The notes: a model not told the origin generated them from the letters alone. Shown: positions 40,223 through 53,889, numbered from the stretch's first letter. The stretch is DNA of 64,000 nt from Callorhinchus milii (GCF_018977255.1 NW_024704742.1:48858001-48922000), one strand, 5' to 3'. Translations and numbers: made by a program.

Positions 40223-40599
40223 GGAGTCCTGTAGCTCAGTAGTTAGAGTACTCGACTCACAAGCGAGAGATCTGGGCTCGATTCCCGGCAGGGCAAAATG
40301 TTGGGCAAGTTTCCTTACTCTACACGCCTCTGTTTAACTAGCAGTACGTAGGAACCCGGTTGTTAGTCAATTGGCGGATCGCTTTTCCAGGGGTAATAAT
40401 TCCTTAAAAACAAATTGGTCACTTCAATCCATGATTGTTTGTGGGACACTGCTGTGTGCAATTGGCTGCCACATTTCATCCACAAAATATACAGTCAATT
40501 CACTTTATAGTGTATTTGGTGAAGTGCTTTGGGATGTCTCAAAGATGTGATAAGGTGCCACATCAAATGCATGGATTATTATTATTATTATTATTATTA
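40223..40599 (+). mobile_element. tRNA-derived SINE, full length (head-to-head with a minus-strand SINE head at about 40040-40103)
   Basis: GGAGTCCTGTAGCTCAGT head, body, (ATT)n tail. Confidence 0.92.
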
Positions 40600-41059
40600 C
40601 TTTGGGACAACCACCTGACGTAACAGATCCTACATAAATGTACTTTTTTGTTGTTGTCCTCCCAACGTGAAAGGCTATACAAAAGTGAAATTTATTTGTT
40701 TGATTAAATCCTGTGAAGCACTTTGAGATTTCCTCCCGACGTACATGAAAGACGCTATAATAAATGCAAGGATTATTATTATTGTTACTAGTGGTTGAAA
40801 AATGTAATGTTTTTTAACACATTTGATATGTTAGCGAATGTGTTGAATGCATCGCAAATTTCCACCAAATCCTAAAGAGTAGCCACTAATGTGAAGTCCC
40901 CTCTGCAGACTTTGGTTTGGACACCAAAACACTTTCCAAGATTTTCACTGCCACCTTCTTAGTTTCCTGCTGCTGGCCACGATTTTTGTTTCCAGCCTCA
41001 AAGCACAGCACTTGAATGATGCTTCACAACCTGACTTAGGCTGGTGGCATGTATACCCT

Positions 41060-42056
41060 CCACATGCTCCCGGGTGACGTCATCCGCAGACATGGCGTAA
41101 ATTTCTACACGTATGCGGATGACACCCAACTCTATCTCTCTGCTTGCACCCTGAACTCCAGGTCTACTGGCGTCCTGACCGACTGCCTGTCCAACATCAA
41201 ATCCTGGACGAGGGACAACTTTCTTCAACGCAACGCCAGCAAGACCGAGGCCCTCCTCAGGTGCTGGCAGCATCAGCCTCCATGGCTGCACACACAACCT
41301 CACTAAGTCAGTCAGGAACCTGGGTATCTTGTCTGACTCTGAACTGTCCTTCCTCCACCACATCCACGCCATGACTGGCACTGCTACCATCACCTCCGCA
41401 ACATTGCCAGACTCCACCACTGCCTCACCCCTCAGGCTGCCGAAACCCTCACCCATGCATTTGTCACCTCAAGGCTTGATTACGGGAACTCCCTCCTCAT
41501 CGGCCTTCCAACTCTTCCCTTCATAAGTTGCAGATCATCGAAAACTCTGGAGTTGTGTATTCTCACGCACCAGGCTCCGTGACTCCATCACTCCCACCCT
41601 CGCCTGACTCCACTGGCTCCCTATCCTTCAGGGGATCGAATTCAAGATCCTCGTCCTCACTTTCAAGGCCATCCATGGCCTTGACCCTCCTACCTCTCTG
41701 ACCTGCTGACTCCCTACCAACCTGCCCACTCCCTCTGTTCATCGGACTCCGGCCTGCTCCATGTTTCTCGCCCGACCAGCCCCACAATCGGTGGCCGGGC
41801 TTTCAGCCTCTCTGCTCCCATACTCTGGAACTCCATCCCACGGTCCCTTTGCCTCGCTCACTCCCTTGCCTCCTTCAAGGCCGGTCTCAAGACCCTTCTC
41901 TTCGACCGTGCCTTTGGTCTCCCTCCCACCTCTCTTCCTTCCCTCAACCCTACACCATCGCTCCCCCATGCTCGGGCCTCGACACCTGACTGTTCAGCAT
42001 TTTGGGATGTTCTCCTGACGTGAAAGGCGCTCTATAAATGTAATTTTGTTGTTGTT
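41060..42056 (+). mobile_element. L2 LINE, 5'-truncated, with 3' tail
   Basis: [10 protein letters not shown]...CLSNIKSW; frameshifted ORF2 C-terminus; tail GACGTGAAAGGCGCTCTATAAATG then (TTG)n. Confidence 0.92.
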
Positions 42057-42654
42057 GTATTTTTTACAGATGGCAGCGCTGAGGTTCTTATAACTAGTTG
42101 CAGATCCAACCAGTGTGCCAAAGTCAGTAAGGCTCATACTGGTCTTGAAGCATAGATGGGAAATTGCAATGAAGCTGCTAAAACACATTATATTTGTAAT
42201 TTCTAGAACCCAAATATACACAAATTCATTTTGAAATTTGAAGTGCAAATCATTTTAAATCACAGTCAATTCACTTTACAGTATATTGTGCGAAATGCTT
42301 TGAGATGTCTAGAAGACATGAAAAGCGCTATATCAAAATCAAACATTATTATTATTATTTTACGTTGGTTGCATCTGGGACTATTTGGCATCAGTTAGTA
42401 ATATTATTTCTCAGTTCTCTGTCTGAACAGTAAAGTCTGAAGTGGTGGGCACTGTTAATATTGTTTAGAATGCTAGCAAATGAATTGGCCTGTATGGAGG
42501 GAATGCTGCTCAATATGATCAGTGGATTGGCTAGTTTAGGGAAACGTTACCAAAGTAGTTTATAGATAGATTACGTTTTACTCATTAGTGGAGCAGCATG
42601 TACCATAGCTGTGTTACTGGAGCCCTATAAATGGACTGGATTTTAATTATTATC

Positions 42655-42870
42655 ATAATAATGATAATCCTTTAGATATCGTGCCTTATTACATCACTGA
42701 GACGTCTCAAAGCGCTTCATAGGATATACTGTAAAGTGGTTTGACTGCATATTTTGTGGGTGAAATGCAGCAGCCAATTGCTCACAGCAATGTCCCACAA
42801 ACAGCCATGGTGTGAGTGGCCAATTCTATTTGGGGGATTGTTGGCCAGGACACTGGGAGAAACTCCCTTC
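42655..42870 (-). mobile_element. Deu-type SINE 3' part
   Basis: ggccaggacactgggagaaactccc (Deu-like) plus the family tail. Confidence 0.7.
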
Positions 42871-42889
42871 TCTACATATAGAACCATTT

Positions 42890-43200
42890 TGCTTTTAGTC
42901 AGCCAGATGTCTAACACATGTGGAAACCCATCCCCATCCAAACTAGACTGAGATTTCCAAGCATGTCACCTACACTTTGAAATTGCCATGCCTGCAGTGA
43001 AATACACACTCTCTCCCTAGAGAAACTCACCCTGGTTACCTAATTCAAAAAGTATTGGGCACAAGGCTTGGGGACCCCAGAGTGTGCATAGAGGTCCTTC
43101 CAGAGTTTAACCAGTTAAAACCACATAGCTTGCTATGAATAATACTGTCTAGCAAGCTTCCCGCTGCTTATCCAGCTAGGATCACCCTACCCATTAGGGG
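42890..43200 (-). repeat. Unclassified interspersed repeat, copy 2
   Basis: Reverse complement resembles 7780-8135 (e.g. aaggcttggggaccccagagtgt vs acactctggggttcccaagcctt). Confidence 0.7.
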
Positions 43201-43799
43201 AACATGTAGAACATGTCCCCTGAGTAACATGTAGAATGTTACTCTGTCAGTTCACTGATGGATTAACAAGTGCAGAGGGTTGCATATGAATGGCTGTACA
43301 AATGAGATATTACTCTGATGGCTCACTAATAGATTGGCTTCTGAAGACAAATTATTATTCAAGAGTCACATTAATTGAATAGCTTCTACAAAGGAATTGG
43401 TATTCAGAAAGATCGTATTTGGACTAACTGATAGCATCTCCTCATTGGAGTATTCCAAGTGCTCCGAGACACTGCATGAAAGGTGCTATGTAAATGCAAG
43501 TTGTTGTTGATTATGGAGTAAGGTTTGTGGAATTCTGAAATGTGTTGTTTCTTGTTTAAGGAACACATTTAGAATCTTGCAAAGTTTACCCCATTTTGTT
43601 GTCCTTGAGTCTATTTGTTTAGCAAGGAATCTATTGCATTTATATTAGAACCATTTGTTACAGTAAGTCAAGATTAAACAGAAAATCTATATATTTTTGG
43701 AAAGATCCACCTTAATGAAAACATTCAACTGGCTCACAATGCCAAGGTTGGCAAATTTACCAGCAAGCAGATATTCATTTTCTGCTGCTTTTTTTTTGG

Positions 43800-44380
43800 A
43801 TGAGACATTAAACTGTCTGCTTATCCAGGTTGACATTAAAGATCTCATGGCATTATTCGAAAAGGAAGGAATTTATCCCGGTATTCTGGCCAACATTTTC
43901 GCAAATAATAATAATAATAATCCTTGCATTTGATATAGCGCTTTTCACGTCGGGAGGACGTCCCAAAGCGCTTCACAGAACATACTGCAAAGTGAATTGA
44001 CTGTATATTTGTGGGCGAACGCGGCAGCCAATTGCGCACAGCAATGTCCCACAAACAGTCGTAGATTGAAAATGACCAATTTATTATTGTTTTTTGTTTT
44101 TGGAAGGATTATTATTAGGCATGTGGAGTAAGGAAACTTGCCCAAGGTTTCGCCCTGACCTGCCTGGAATTGAACTCAGGTCTCTCACTTGCAAAGCGAG
44201 TGCTCTAACCACTGAGCTACAGGACTCCACTTGGTCACTCACTCCGCGGCTGTTTGTGGGACACTGCTGTGCAATTGGCTATGTTCACCCACAAAATACA
44301 CTTTACAATATATCTCGCGAAGCACTTTGAGATGTTTGGATGATGTGATAAGGCAGTGTTTCAAATGGACGGATTATATT
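43800..44380 (+). mobile_element. Older Deu-domain SINE carrying a nested younger SINE
   Basis: tgagacattaaac...aaagatctcatggcattattcgaa...ctggccaacatt before the insertion; gctgtttgtgggacactgctgtgc...tail after it. Confidence 0.7.
43904..44228 (-). mobile_element. Young tRNA-SINE, internal-deletion subfamily
   Basis: Nearly identical to 35618-35943. Confidence 0.92.
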
Positions 44381-44769
44381 ATATTATTTTCATTGTCTCC
44401 ATTTTCCTCACATGCTCCTCTCAATTGATTCTTTTGCCAGGTAAAGTTCCAAGAATATGAGATGATTTCTGATACCTCATCCAAGTATCTATTCTTTGTG
44501 TGTAAGGTAGGCAGCGAGTTCTTGCAGGATATTCAGCCACTACTAAGCCCGATGCTATCCTCACCTAACATCAAAATACATTACCTCCAATAGATATCCT
44601 GGATAGTAATCAGAGGTGAAAACCAACCCTGGCTGATTTCCTCCTCCCTAACCCAGAGATGGTGAAGGCTAAAGATAATTGTAGTGCAATGCATGTGACC
44701 CAGGTTGAGATCAACAATTCAGTAAAAAACAGACAGAATTCAAATCTGTGATCTTCACGTAGGGTGGAT

Positions 44770-45145
44770 GCTATATATTTGTTACTTCTAGGCTCGACTA
44801 CGCCAACGTCCGCCTTCCCAACTCTTCCCTCGACAAGCTGCAGATCATTCAGAACTCGGCAGCTCGTGACATCCTGCACCAGGCTCCGTGACCTTATCAC
44901 CCCCACCCTCGCCCGGCACCACTGGCTCCCCATCCCCAGAGGGTAGCGTTCAAAATTCTCGTCCTCGCCTTCAAAGCCCTCCTGGCCTTGCTCCTTCCTA
45001 CCTCTGTAATGCCTTATCGACCTGTCTGCTCCCTCTGCTCAGAAGACTCCGGCCTGCTCTATGTCCCCCACCTGACCGCTCCACCATCAGTGGTCAGGCC
45101 TTCAGCCTCTCTGCCTCCACCCTTTCGAACTCCATCCCACAGTCC
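44770..45145 (+). mobile_element. L2 LINE fragment
   Basis: SRLDY..., ITPTLARHHWLPI, GQAFSLSASTLSNSIP motifs. Confidence 0.85.
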
Positions 45146-46754
45146 CATGATAATCCATTACTGTAGTGACTTCAGCATCTCATCCGACATTTATTTTATT
45201 TGTTAAAAAAACCCCAAAACTTTTGCCTCACTAAACCCACAGATTTTCGCTTCAACTTTATTTTACAAATTGCCTGAAGCAGTGTACTGCTGCTGCTGTG
45301 CACACTGTGACAATGGGTTATCATTGATGCACGACTCAGTCAGTGCAGCATGGATAGTTTTAATATGTTGCTGGTGTTGACTTTAAAGTGGATTTCCCTC
45401 TTTTCTGCCTCCTCAGTCTCAACATGAACCAGAAATGATGCGTCACTGCTAATAGTATCCTTTAAAATCTGTTGCTTTGATTGAGTGCAACTAAATAGTG
45501 TTAGTGTCACACGTTGCTGTGCTAATATCGTTTATCAGTAGTGTACCAATAATGTCTTGTCCACAGATTAAGCCATGCTCAAACAATAATAACCTCTAGG
45601 CTCTACAGTTTACAATTATATATTTTTTGGCCTACTTACGCTTCAGTTACAAGATACGGTATTTAAAATCTATCTTCGTCCATTTTCCCTGTTAAAAGCT
45701 CAAGACAATCTGCAAGTTTGTCTCATCAAAAACAAGTCTGAATCCTGCAGATCCGTTGTGCAACATAATAACACCATATGCTGTTGTCATCAAATGCGAG
45801 TACATGTACTGCAGAGACATTAGGGAGATAGATAGGTAAAAAAAATGGTGTCATGTGAAATTGTCTTAGTTTTTTAAATTTTTCTCTTCTTATCAACAAA
45901 AGAGATGCCTTTTTAAATGCTAATAAATCCCCTTTCGCTTGGATAACAAAGGATAGCGTGCTCCATATTATTTTGTTGCAAATCCTTTTTGATGTAGTGT
46001 CCTGCAGCATGCACAGTTCAAGGTCAGATGAGGTTACTTTCATTTCAAATTTCCTGGAGTGATACAAGGTCAGTCGACACTCTCCCCGCTCACCATCACC
46101 AGCGGGATGACAACTTTTCTTGGATATGAGTTGCCCTTGATCTTACTATAATGGGTGACCCCTTAACAGCCAGTGATCATAACTGAAAACAAACTGCCAC
46201 AGTAACACTGGTGCATTTGGATACCAAGCACAGAGCCTGTCTCTGACCCTGCTGTGCTCCCATTACAAAGAAGTCAAAATGCTGTTCGGACAAGTGCAAT
46301 TGAAAGACTGATGAAGCAAATCACAGTCAAAAAAAAAGCAGGTGGTTTTAAGCATTGACTCTATAATGTTCTATGAAAAATAAATAGTTTCTAACTGTAT
46401 AACAACAATGAGAACACATATACGATATGATACTGAATTGTAAGCATATACGTATTACATGCCTGACCCTATGACACCTAAGAGAGTACAAATAGTGTTT
46501 CAAAGTAATGTCAAAAACGGTGAATCGGGGTTAGAAACTAGTTTCATACACAGAAGGAAATAAAAGACTAAAATTACAAACTGAAGGAGGTAAAGTGTTT
46601 AATCCTTGTCAGAGCAACTAATAAAGATGTGAACATCTTTTTCCTAAAATTTCTTGTTCACATGTGTTGCCATCTCTTTCAGATGTAGGAAGTTATGTAT
46701 AAACTGTTCAAGATTTTGTGTAAGGTTTTGATTGTGGTAAGAGCCTAAAGGCTG

Positions 46755-48085
46755 AAGAAAGTCTAGTTAGTCTAACATCAGTGATAGGAAAAATTTTAGA
46801 ATCATTGATGAAGGATGTGGTAGTGCGGTATTTAGAGGAGCACAATATAATTAGGCCAAGTTAACATGGCTTTACAAAAGGGAAGTGAAATTGGGGGGAG
46901 CATATTAACGTGGATTGGGGAATGGTTAACGGGTAAGAAACAAAGCGTAGGGATAAACGGGTCCTTTTCAGATTGGCGGAATGTGAGTAGTGGAGTGCCA
47001 CAAGGATCAGTTCTTGGGCCTCAGCTATTTACCATCTATATCAACGATCTAGATGAGGACATCGAAGTTAATATATCTAAATTCGCAGATGACACAAAAC
47101 TAGGAGGAAGTGTCAACACAGAGGATGACATTAAAAAAATGCAGCGCGACATAGATAGGTTACGTGATTGGGCAGGTAGGTGGCAGATGAAGTATAATGT
47201 AGGGAAGTGCGAAGTCATCCACCTCGGTAGCAAAAACAGTAGAGCGGGTTATTTTTTAGAAGGGGAGAGACTGGAATGTGTTGGCGTCCAGAGGGACTTG
47301 GGTGTCCTTGTACACCAATCACAGAAAGTTAGTCTGCAGGTGCAGCAGCAATTAGGAAGGCGAACGGTATGTTAGCATTCAGTATGAAAGGATTAGAGTA
47401 TAAGAGTAGGGAAGTCTTGCTGCAACTGTATAGGGCCCTGGTGAGACCACACCTGGAATACTGTGTGCAGTTTTGGTCTCCTTATTTAAGGAAGGATGTA
47501 CTTGCCTTGGAGGGGATGCAGCGTAGATTTACTAGGTTAGTGCCAGGGATGAAGGGGATGAGTTACGAGGATAGGCAACCAATTTGGGCCTATATTCTCT
47601 GGAATATAGAAGAATCAGAGGGGATCTTATAGAAACCTATAAGATCATCAAAGGGCATGATAGAGTAGATAGTGGGAGGTTGTTTCCTCTGGTTGGAGAA
47701 ACTAAAACCAGGGCTCACAACCTTAAAATCAGAGGCCAGCCCTTTCGCACTGAGTTGAGGAAGAACTTCTTCACTAAAAGAGTGGTGAATGTATGGCACT
47801 CGCTACCCCAAAGGGTTGTTGACGCTCAGTCCTTGAACATATTCAAGACTGAGATAGATAGATTTCTTATTGCAAAAGGGATTAAGGGATATGGGGATAA
47901 GGCAGGGTTAGGTTATTAGCTGGAGTTAGATTAGAAGATCAGCCATGATTGAATGGCGGGGCAGGCTCGAAGGGCCGAGTGGCCTACTCCTGCTCCTACA
48001 TGTTATGTTATGTTATGTTATGTTATGTTATGTTATGTTATGTTATGTTATGTTATGTTATGTTATGTTATGTTATGTTATGTTA
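46755..48085 (+). mobile_element. CR1 LINE, 5'-truncated and internally deleted, ending in (TGTTA)17
   Basis: SLTSVIGKILES...[26 protein letters not shown]...KFADDTKL; LYRALVRPHLEYCVQFWSP; RGDLIETYKI; 3' UTR gaatggcggggcaggctcgaagggccgagtggcctactcctgctcc; microsatellite at 48001-48085. Confidence 0.95.
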
Positions 48086-48257
48086 AAGGATTCCTCGACT
48101 AGAAAACCCTGGTAAGTTTAGGGTAACTGCAATTGAAACTATTTTTAGAATTTACAGACTAAATTAGACCAAGTTTAATAAGAGCTAGAGTGAAGTGGAC
48201 ATCCTTCTGATTTGCCCCTTCCTTGCCCATCTCCAGATAGCACCTAAATATCTTCCT

Positions 48258-49120
48258 CTTTGACACAGTCGATCACTCCATATTACTCCACCGCCTCTCT
48301 TCCCTCATCCACCTTAGTGGGACCGCACTCGCATGGTTCAAGTCCTACTTGACTAACTGCCAATAATACATCTCGGCAAATGGTTTCTCCTCCTGCCCCC
48401 GCCCGGTCACCTGCGGGGTACCCCAAGGCTCCATCCTTGGCCCCCTACTTTTATAAACATGCTCCCTCTCAATGATGTCATCCGCAGAATATGGGGTCAA
48501 CTTCCACATGTTTGCGGATGACACCCAAATCTACTTCTCCTCAACCAACTGCAACTCCCATTCTGCTGATGTCCTGTCGGCTTGTTTGAAGGACATCAAG
48601 GCCTGGATCAGCGGAAATTTCCTGCAGCTGAATATCGGCAAGACGGAAGCCATACTCTTTGGCTCCCATCAGTTTCTTCTCTCCTGTGAGTCTGAACTCC
48701 TCAACCTTCCCAGTCTCTTCTTCAGACGCACTGAACCCACGCTCAGCTTAGATGTCAGGTTTGATCCTCAGCTTTCCTTTCTTCCACCTCTGCCACATTG
48801 CCTACCTGCATCCATACCTCACAACCAATGCAGCTGAAACCCTCGTCCACTCCTACGTCACTTCCCAGCTGGACTATTCCAATGCCCTCCTCGCTGGTCT
48901 CCCCAGCTCCACCATACCAAAATACAACTAATTCAGTAACACCGCCGTCCAGATTCTCACCTGCACAAAACTCCGTATCCCATCCCACCAGCCCTTGCCT
49001 GGCTCCACTGACTCCCAATTACTGAACAGATCGATTTTAAGATGCTTTCACTCATTTTCAAATCCCTTCATGCCCTCACACCTCTCTACCTATTTGATTT
49101 GCTTATCCCTTACACGCCCC
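48258..49120 (+). mobile_element. L2 LINE RT fragment
   Basis: [13 protein letters not shown]...GVPQGSILGPLLF...FADDTQIY...CLKDIKAWISGNFLQLNIGKTE. Confidence 0.9.
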
Positions 49121-50529
49121 CTCCATTCATAGAGTTGACAAGAGGGATGATCTTTGTTGCATAGGGAACAACAATTTTCTTGTATCTTTAGCTTGCAGTA
49201 TTTTAGAGATTATATTTGTGAGATCATCAGATCTGCTGTTCATTCCATTCTAATGTGAATGGCATAGAAAACTCAACAATATTTTTCAGATGTGCAATCA
49301 GATCTTCTGCAAGTCAAGTACGTACAGTATTTAATTGTCTCCAACTCAACAACAACAACTTTCATTTACATAGCACCCTTCACACAGGTAGCATTTCGGT
49401 GCACTTAACAGGTGTCGGAGCTTGACGCTGAGCCAAGGAGAGCGAGAAGGTGACCAAAGGCACGGTCAATAAGGAAGGTCTTCATACATAAAAAGGAAAG
49501 TTCTGTCCAGAATATGTAAATTCATAAGAAAGTTCTAAACGCAAATATTTATCAAGACAATTTTTTTTTCTTTTCCCAGTGAGTGACGCTACCCTGCGTG
49601 AAAGGCGCTATATAAATGCAAGTTTTTGTTGTTGAATATATAGCCCCTTGGGATGTGAAAGGTGCTATACAAATGTAAATTTGTATTATAATTTTGTATA
49701 TATACTATGACCTGTAGTGTGCATACTAGTTATAAGCAAGCTATTGAATTTGACGAGATCTATCTTACACTGATCACTAAAAGTAACAATCTTTTCACTA
49801 TGTTTTATAATGAGATTTTCCTTTGATGGATTTCCCATTATGAGGATGTATTGAAAACAATGCTATTTTTAGCAATTAGCGTATGATATGTACCATTGTA
49901 TCATCTGCAGCAAACTATTAAATACAACATGATCCCAATATATTCCCACTGTATTCCTATCTCATCTCTAAATGGTCTTTTGCCTTTGCTTTTAGTAATC
50001 TGCTGATATAGTTACTTGGTGCAAAATCATCCATTTTGATTAAAATCACTAAAAATTGCATTACATGGAGTAAGAAATCTGTGATATGTTAAACTGAGCA
50101 ATTTACATTGAAATTGAGAATGCAATGCCTTTAATTCGGTCCAAAAGAGAGCTATTTGTCAGTGAATGAGACGTACCATACTTGCAGCAATTCAGAAGAT
50201 ACATTTATTCTGAATATACTTTTCTTGCATGAATGATACCCCTAAAATATCTGAGGCAGACTGGAGGAAACTTTACCATCACCTTTGCTTTGTTACTGTA
50301 GTGTTACATGAGTGACTTTGACCACAATACGAGACATTATAATTACATTAAAGGGGACAGTTTGTATTTCATAATGTGACAACCTTGATGTGGTATTCAA
50401 AGTCCATGACTTTCACAGATGGCATTTAATAATGAACAGATTCAAGGTAGCTTGTTTGTAGATTGAGAGCTACGAGAGATTGTATTATTCAGTCTGATCC
50501 AAAAGGTTTGAAGGTAGATTTTAATACAA

Positions 50530-53500
50530 AAAAGCGTGTAGAATATAAATTAGGCAGTCTTAGTTGTACCAGCCTCTAACAGTTTAGCAATATCAGATTT
50601 GGAATTTTGCCAGTTCCTATGTTTTTTGACCAAAACAAAGATGGGGTAGGGTCAGGAAAATGTCAATAACTTTGTTAACTTAGGGTCAAACTTCATAAAT
50701 CTGCTATGATTTTGTCAGATATACTCTGCTCTTTAATAATTAAGCAACTGAGCTACAATTCATATGACAGTGACATCATCACAGGTTAAAGGTCATGGAA
50801 AACATAAAAATTCAGTAAGTCATACTTTTATTATATACTAACATTATCAATAACATAAACAGTCAACTGTATTTACCAACAGTAATAATATTACTTGATT
50901 TACCAACAGTAATAATATTACTTGATTGTTAGATATAAGAGCTAAACCTAAAGGTAATGGACCTTCATTCAATGTCATAATTGGATTCATCAGAAGAAGA
51001 AACTCTTTTGCTTTCATCATCAGAATCATCAGGAAATAATTTGTCATAAATTGCACCACAGATATCCTGCAGGATTTGTCCACTTTCAAACCAATTGATC
51101 ATGTATTTGCCATCTAGTGTGTCCATCCATACTGGCATGGATTAAGCTGAACAGGAATGTAAGTCTGGTTTCTTCCACATACAGACATCATAGTTCAACC
51201 ATTTGGTTTTCTGAATAAAACTGAATGTGCTGGAGGCAGAAGTCTAGAGTCAGCACCTTTCATCTTCTTCAGAGATTCATTCTGATTTGTTGGAGCATAC
51301 TTTTCTCTGAAAATAGCATATCGTATTTCCTCAAGTTTTCTAAATTTGGCTTGCCATACAGAGCACAAACAAACTCCTCTAACATTTCTGTAAGCTGATC
51401 AACATTTTCTGACGATCCAAGATTTCTAAATGAAAGGGAATGAAAGGGAAAGGTTCATACATGAGAGCTGGTTGAAACTGAAGGTTCATAAAACTGGCAG
51501 CGCAGTAAAACATTCTGACCACAATGTTTTACCAGTCTATGCAGTCCTCTTGTGTGATCCCATCGTGTCGCACTCCATTCGAACCTTTGAACGTAGCTTG
51601 TTCATGTAGAACAGCAGTGCAACCAAAACATCAGTATCATAACAGTGCACAACTACATTTTGTATCTCAAGGATCCTGGAAACTTAGAACAAGTGGAACC
51701 CTATCCTGGTATCAACCTCTTCTTGTACACAGTGAAGGTCTGGTATGTCTTCTCAAATCACAGTACCATCTTGTATGTAGAAATGGTAACATACTTTGTC
51801 AAAACCTATGTACACTTTCCGATCACCAAGAATTGATGTTTATATGGCAGTTTTCCATTTATCAGCTAGAAACAAAAATAATGATGTCTTGAAAGTTCCT
51901 GAACATAGGGTGCTATGAAAATCTTTAGGTTGTGTTTGTTTACGTCCATTAACCTTCAGCTCATTAATTATGGAGCCCCGTTTGTTTCTTTCAACGTTCT
52001 ATATTGATATTGTTGAATGTATCACATACTAAGTATCTGTCCTGCCAAACCACACAGTATGGACAAAATTATTTTGGCAACTCCACCAAATGTTACTGGC
52101 AAATCCGTCAAGAAATGTATCGGGAACATGGCATCTACAATGCAAACAACAGTAGATATAGGTGACTCACTCATAATTTTTCATTTTTGCCATGAGCTTA
52201 GAATTGTCTGTTTTCTTCATGGAGCCATCAATCTGAGCTACAGATAGTGGCACTGGTGCCAATGGAAAGCTGAAAACTTTCAATAGATCCACTTCCATAG
52301 CAGTTGCAAGATACAGCTGTCATCCAAATAAATCTCCTCAGACCATTTCTAACCTTTCTCATCACAGTTAATCAGGTTGTCACTTGTATCCTTAGGCATA
52401 ACACAACCTTTTGATATGGAGTCGGGATTATCATCACGGGAATTCTCTGCAAAGGGATCCATTGCAGTCTGTATACCGCTAATGAATTTTTCCAGTCCGA
52501 GTTATCTCATGATATTCGATAGCACTTTCCTTGTTGGCCAGCTTCCTTTTTTTTGTTCATACCTGCTTTAGACAAAAGATGCCCAACTATTGTGCTGCAC
52601 ATTGATCGGGTAATCATCCAGCGCTAAATGCAGCAATCCCTGTTAGTCAAGATGCCGCATTAGCATTCATAGTTTGTTTGAGTTTGCTCTTTTGAGCTCA
52701 ACTGGATTTTTGGCAAAGAAATTGTGCCTGACTGTTAAAGCACCACTGTCCAAGATTTCTCTTACACCTGGATGTGGTTGTCCATATCAAGCAAATTGAG
52801 GTGTTACAGTGTCGCCCACAAAACATGAAAAAGTATATTCTGTGAAGCTCTTTGAGATGTCTTGAAGACGTGATAAGGCACTATATTAAATGCACGGATT
52901 ATTATTATTATTACCCATCCTGTATAATTTGGATGACCAGCGGCAAGGAATAAAGGGAACCTCTTCCCCAGACAATATATAAACACTTCCAAGTTGTTGG
53001 TACCACATGTCCTACTGAACAACAGAACAGGTCAATGTTAAGGTTTCAGGACATTGGTGTTCTCTCATGATCCCCTTTTCTTGTTTTGCTGGTATCAATC
53101 TCATACTGGTTGAGAATGTCTTCATATTCTTCCGTCACTTTAAATATTTCCATTCTTTTGGGGTTAAGGTTGTCATGTAGCTGAGATAAGACTGCTCTGA
53201 AGTCTGTGGGTAAGGGGCACGTCTTCTTTCAAATATATATTTGATATATAAATATATATATCAATATATGTTTGAGATGTCTCCAAGATGTGATAAGGCA
53301 CTATATCAAATCCAAGGATTAATATTATATTATTATATAAGAATTTTTGAAAGTGCAATTGCTGAAATGCCAAAGCCAGGAGTGGGTGGATGCGTTTGCA
53401 GTGATTAAAATGTTTTCCTCCAATGAATACATTGAGTTAGAAACAGCCAATATCGCTGAACTAGAGATTTATCGATATTAAGCTTTGAATTTAACCTCCA

Positions 53501-53560
53501 GTAACTTCAACCGAATCAATTATACTAACACTTGCTATATCTGTGTGCATGCAGCTATAT
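50530..53560 (-). mobile_element. Decayed large DNA transposon, Academ-like transposase fossil, interrupted by SINE tails (52806-52912, about 53265-53335)
   Basis: Ordered broken motifs on the minus strand: FPLFLAAGHPNY, GGALTVR, LKQTMN, LEEFVCALYGK, EIRYAIF, DSRLLPP, LNY...MWK, NPCQYGW, MINWF, acidic tail. Superfamily assigned from motif memory; boundaries approximate. Confidence 0.6.
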
Positions 53561-53889
53561 GTTTTATGTAAAATTATAAATGTTTTTGGTACTCTTACCT
53601 GCTAATGTGCCATATATCTTTGTAGTATAAATAAGACATAATTCCTTGGCAGATTCTGTAAAACTCTACAGGATAGTACAACTACATCTGCCTAATTCAT
53701 ATTCTACACACTTTTTTTTATTAAGATCTACCTTCACATCTTTTGCAGCAGAAGAAACAATAAAACCCCCATAACTCTTGGACAATTGGTTGTGTACTGG
53801 ACTTGAGGTCAGAAGCGCTCTCAGCCTGAGTCTACGTGTGTCTACTTAGCCTTTTACTCTTTCAACAATAAAATGAGTACTATGGATAA

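Noticed and set aside
46866..47919. Functional reverse transcriptase gene
   Set aside because: 5'-truncated CR1 with an in-frame stop, an internal deletion and frameshifts.
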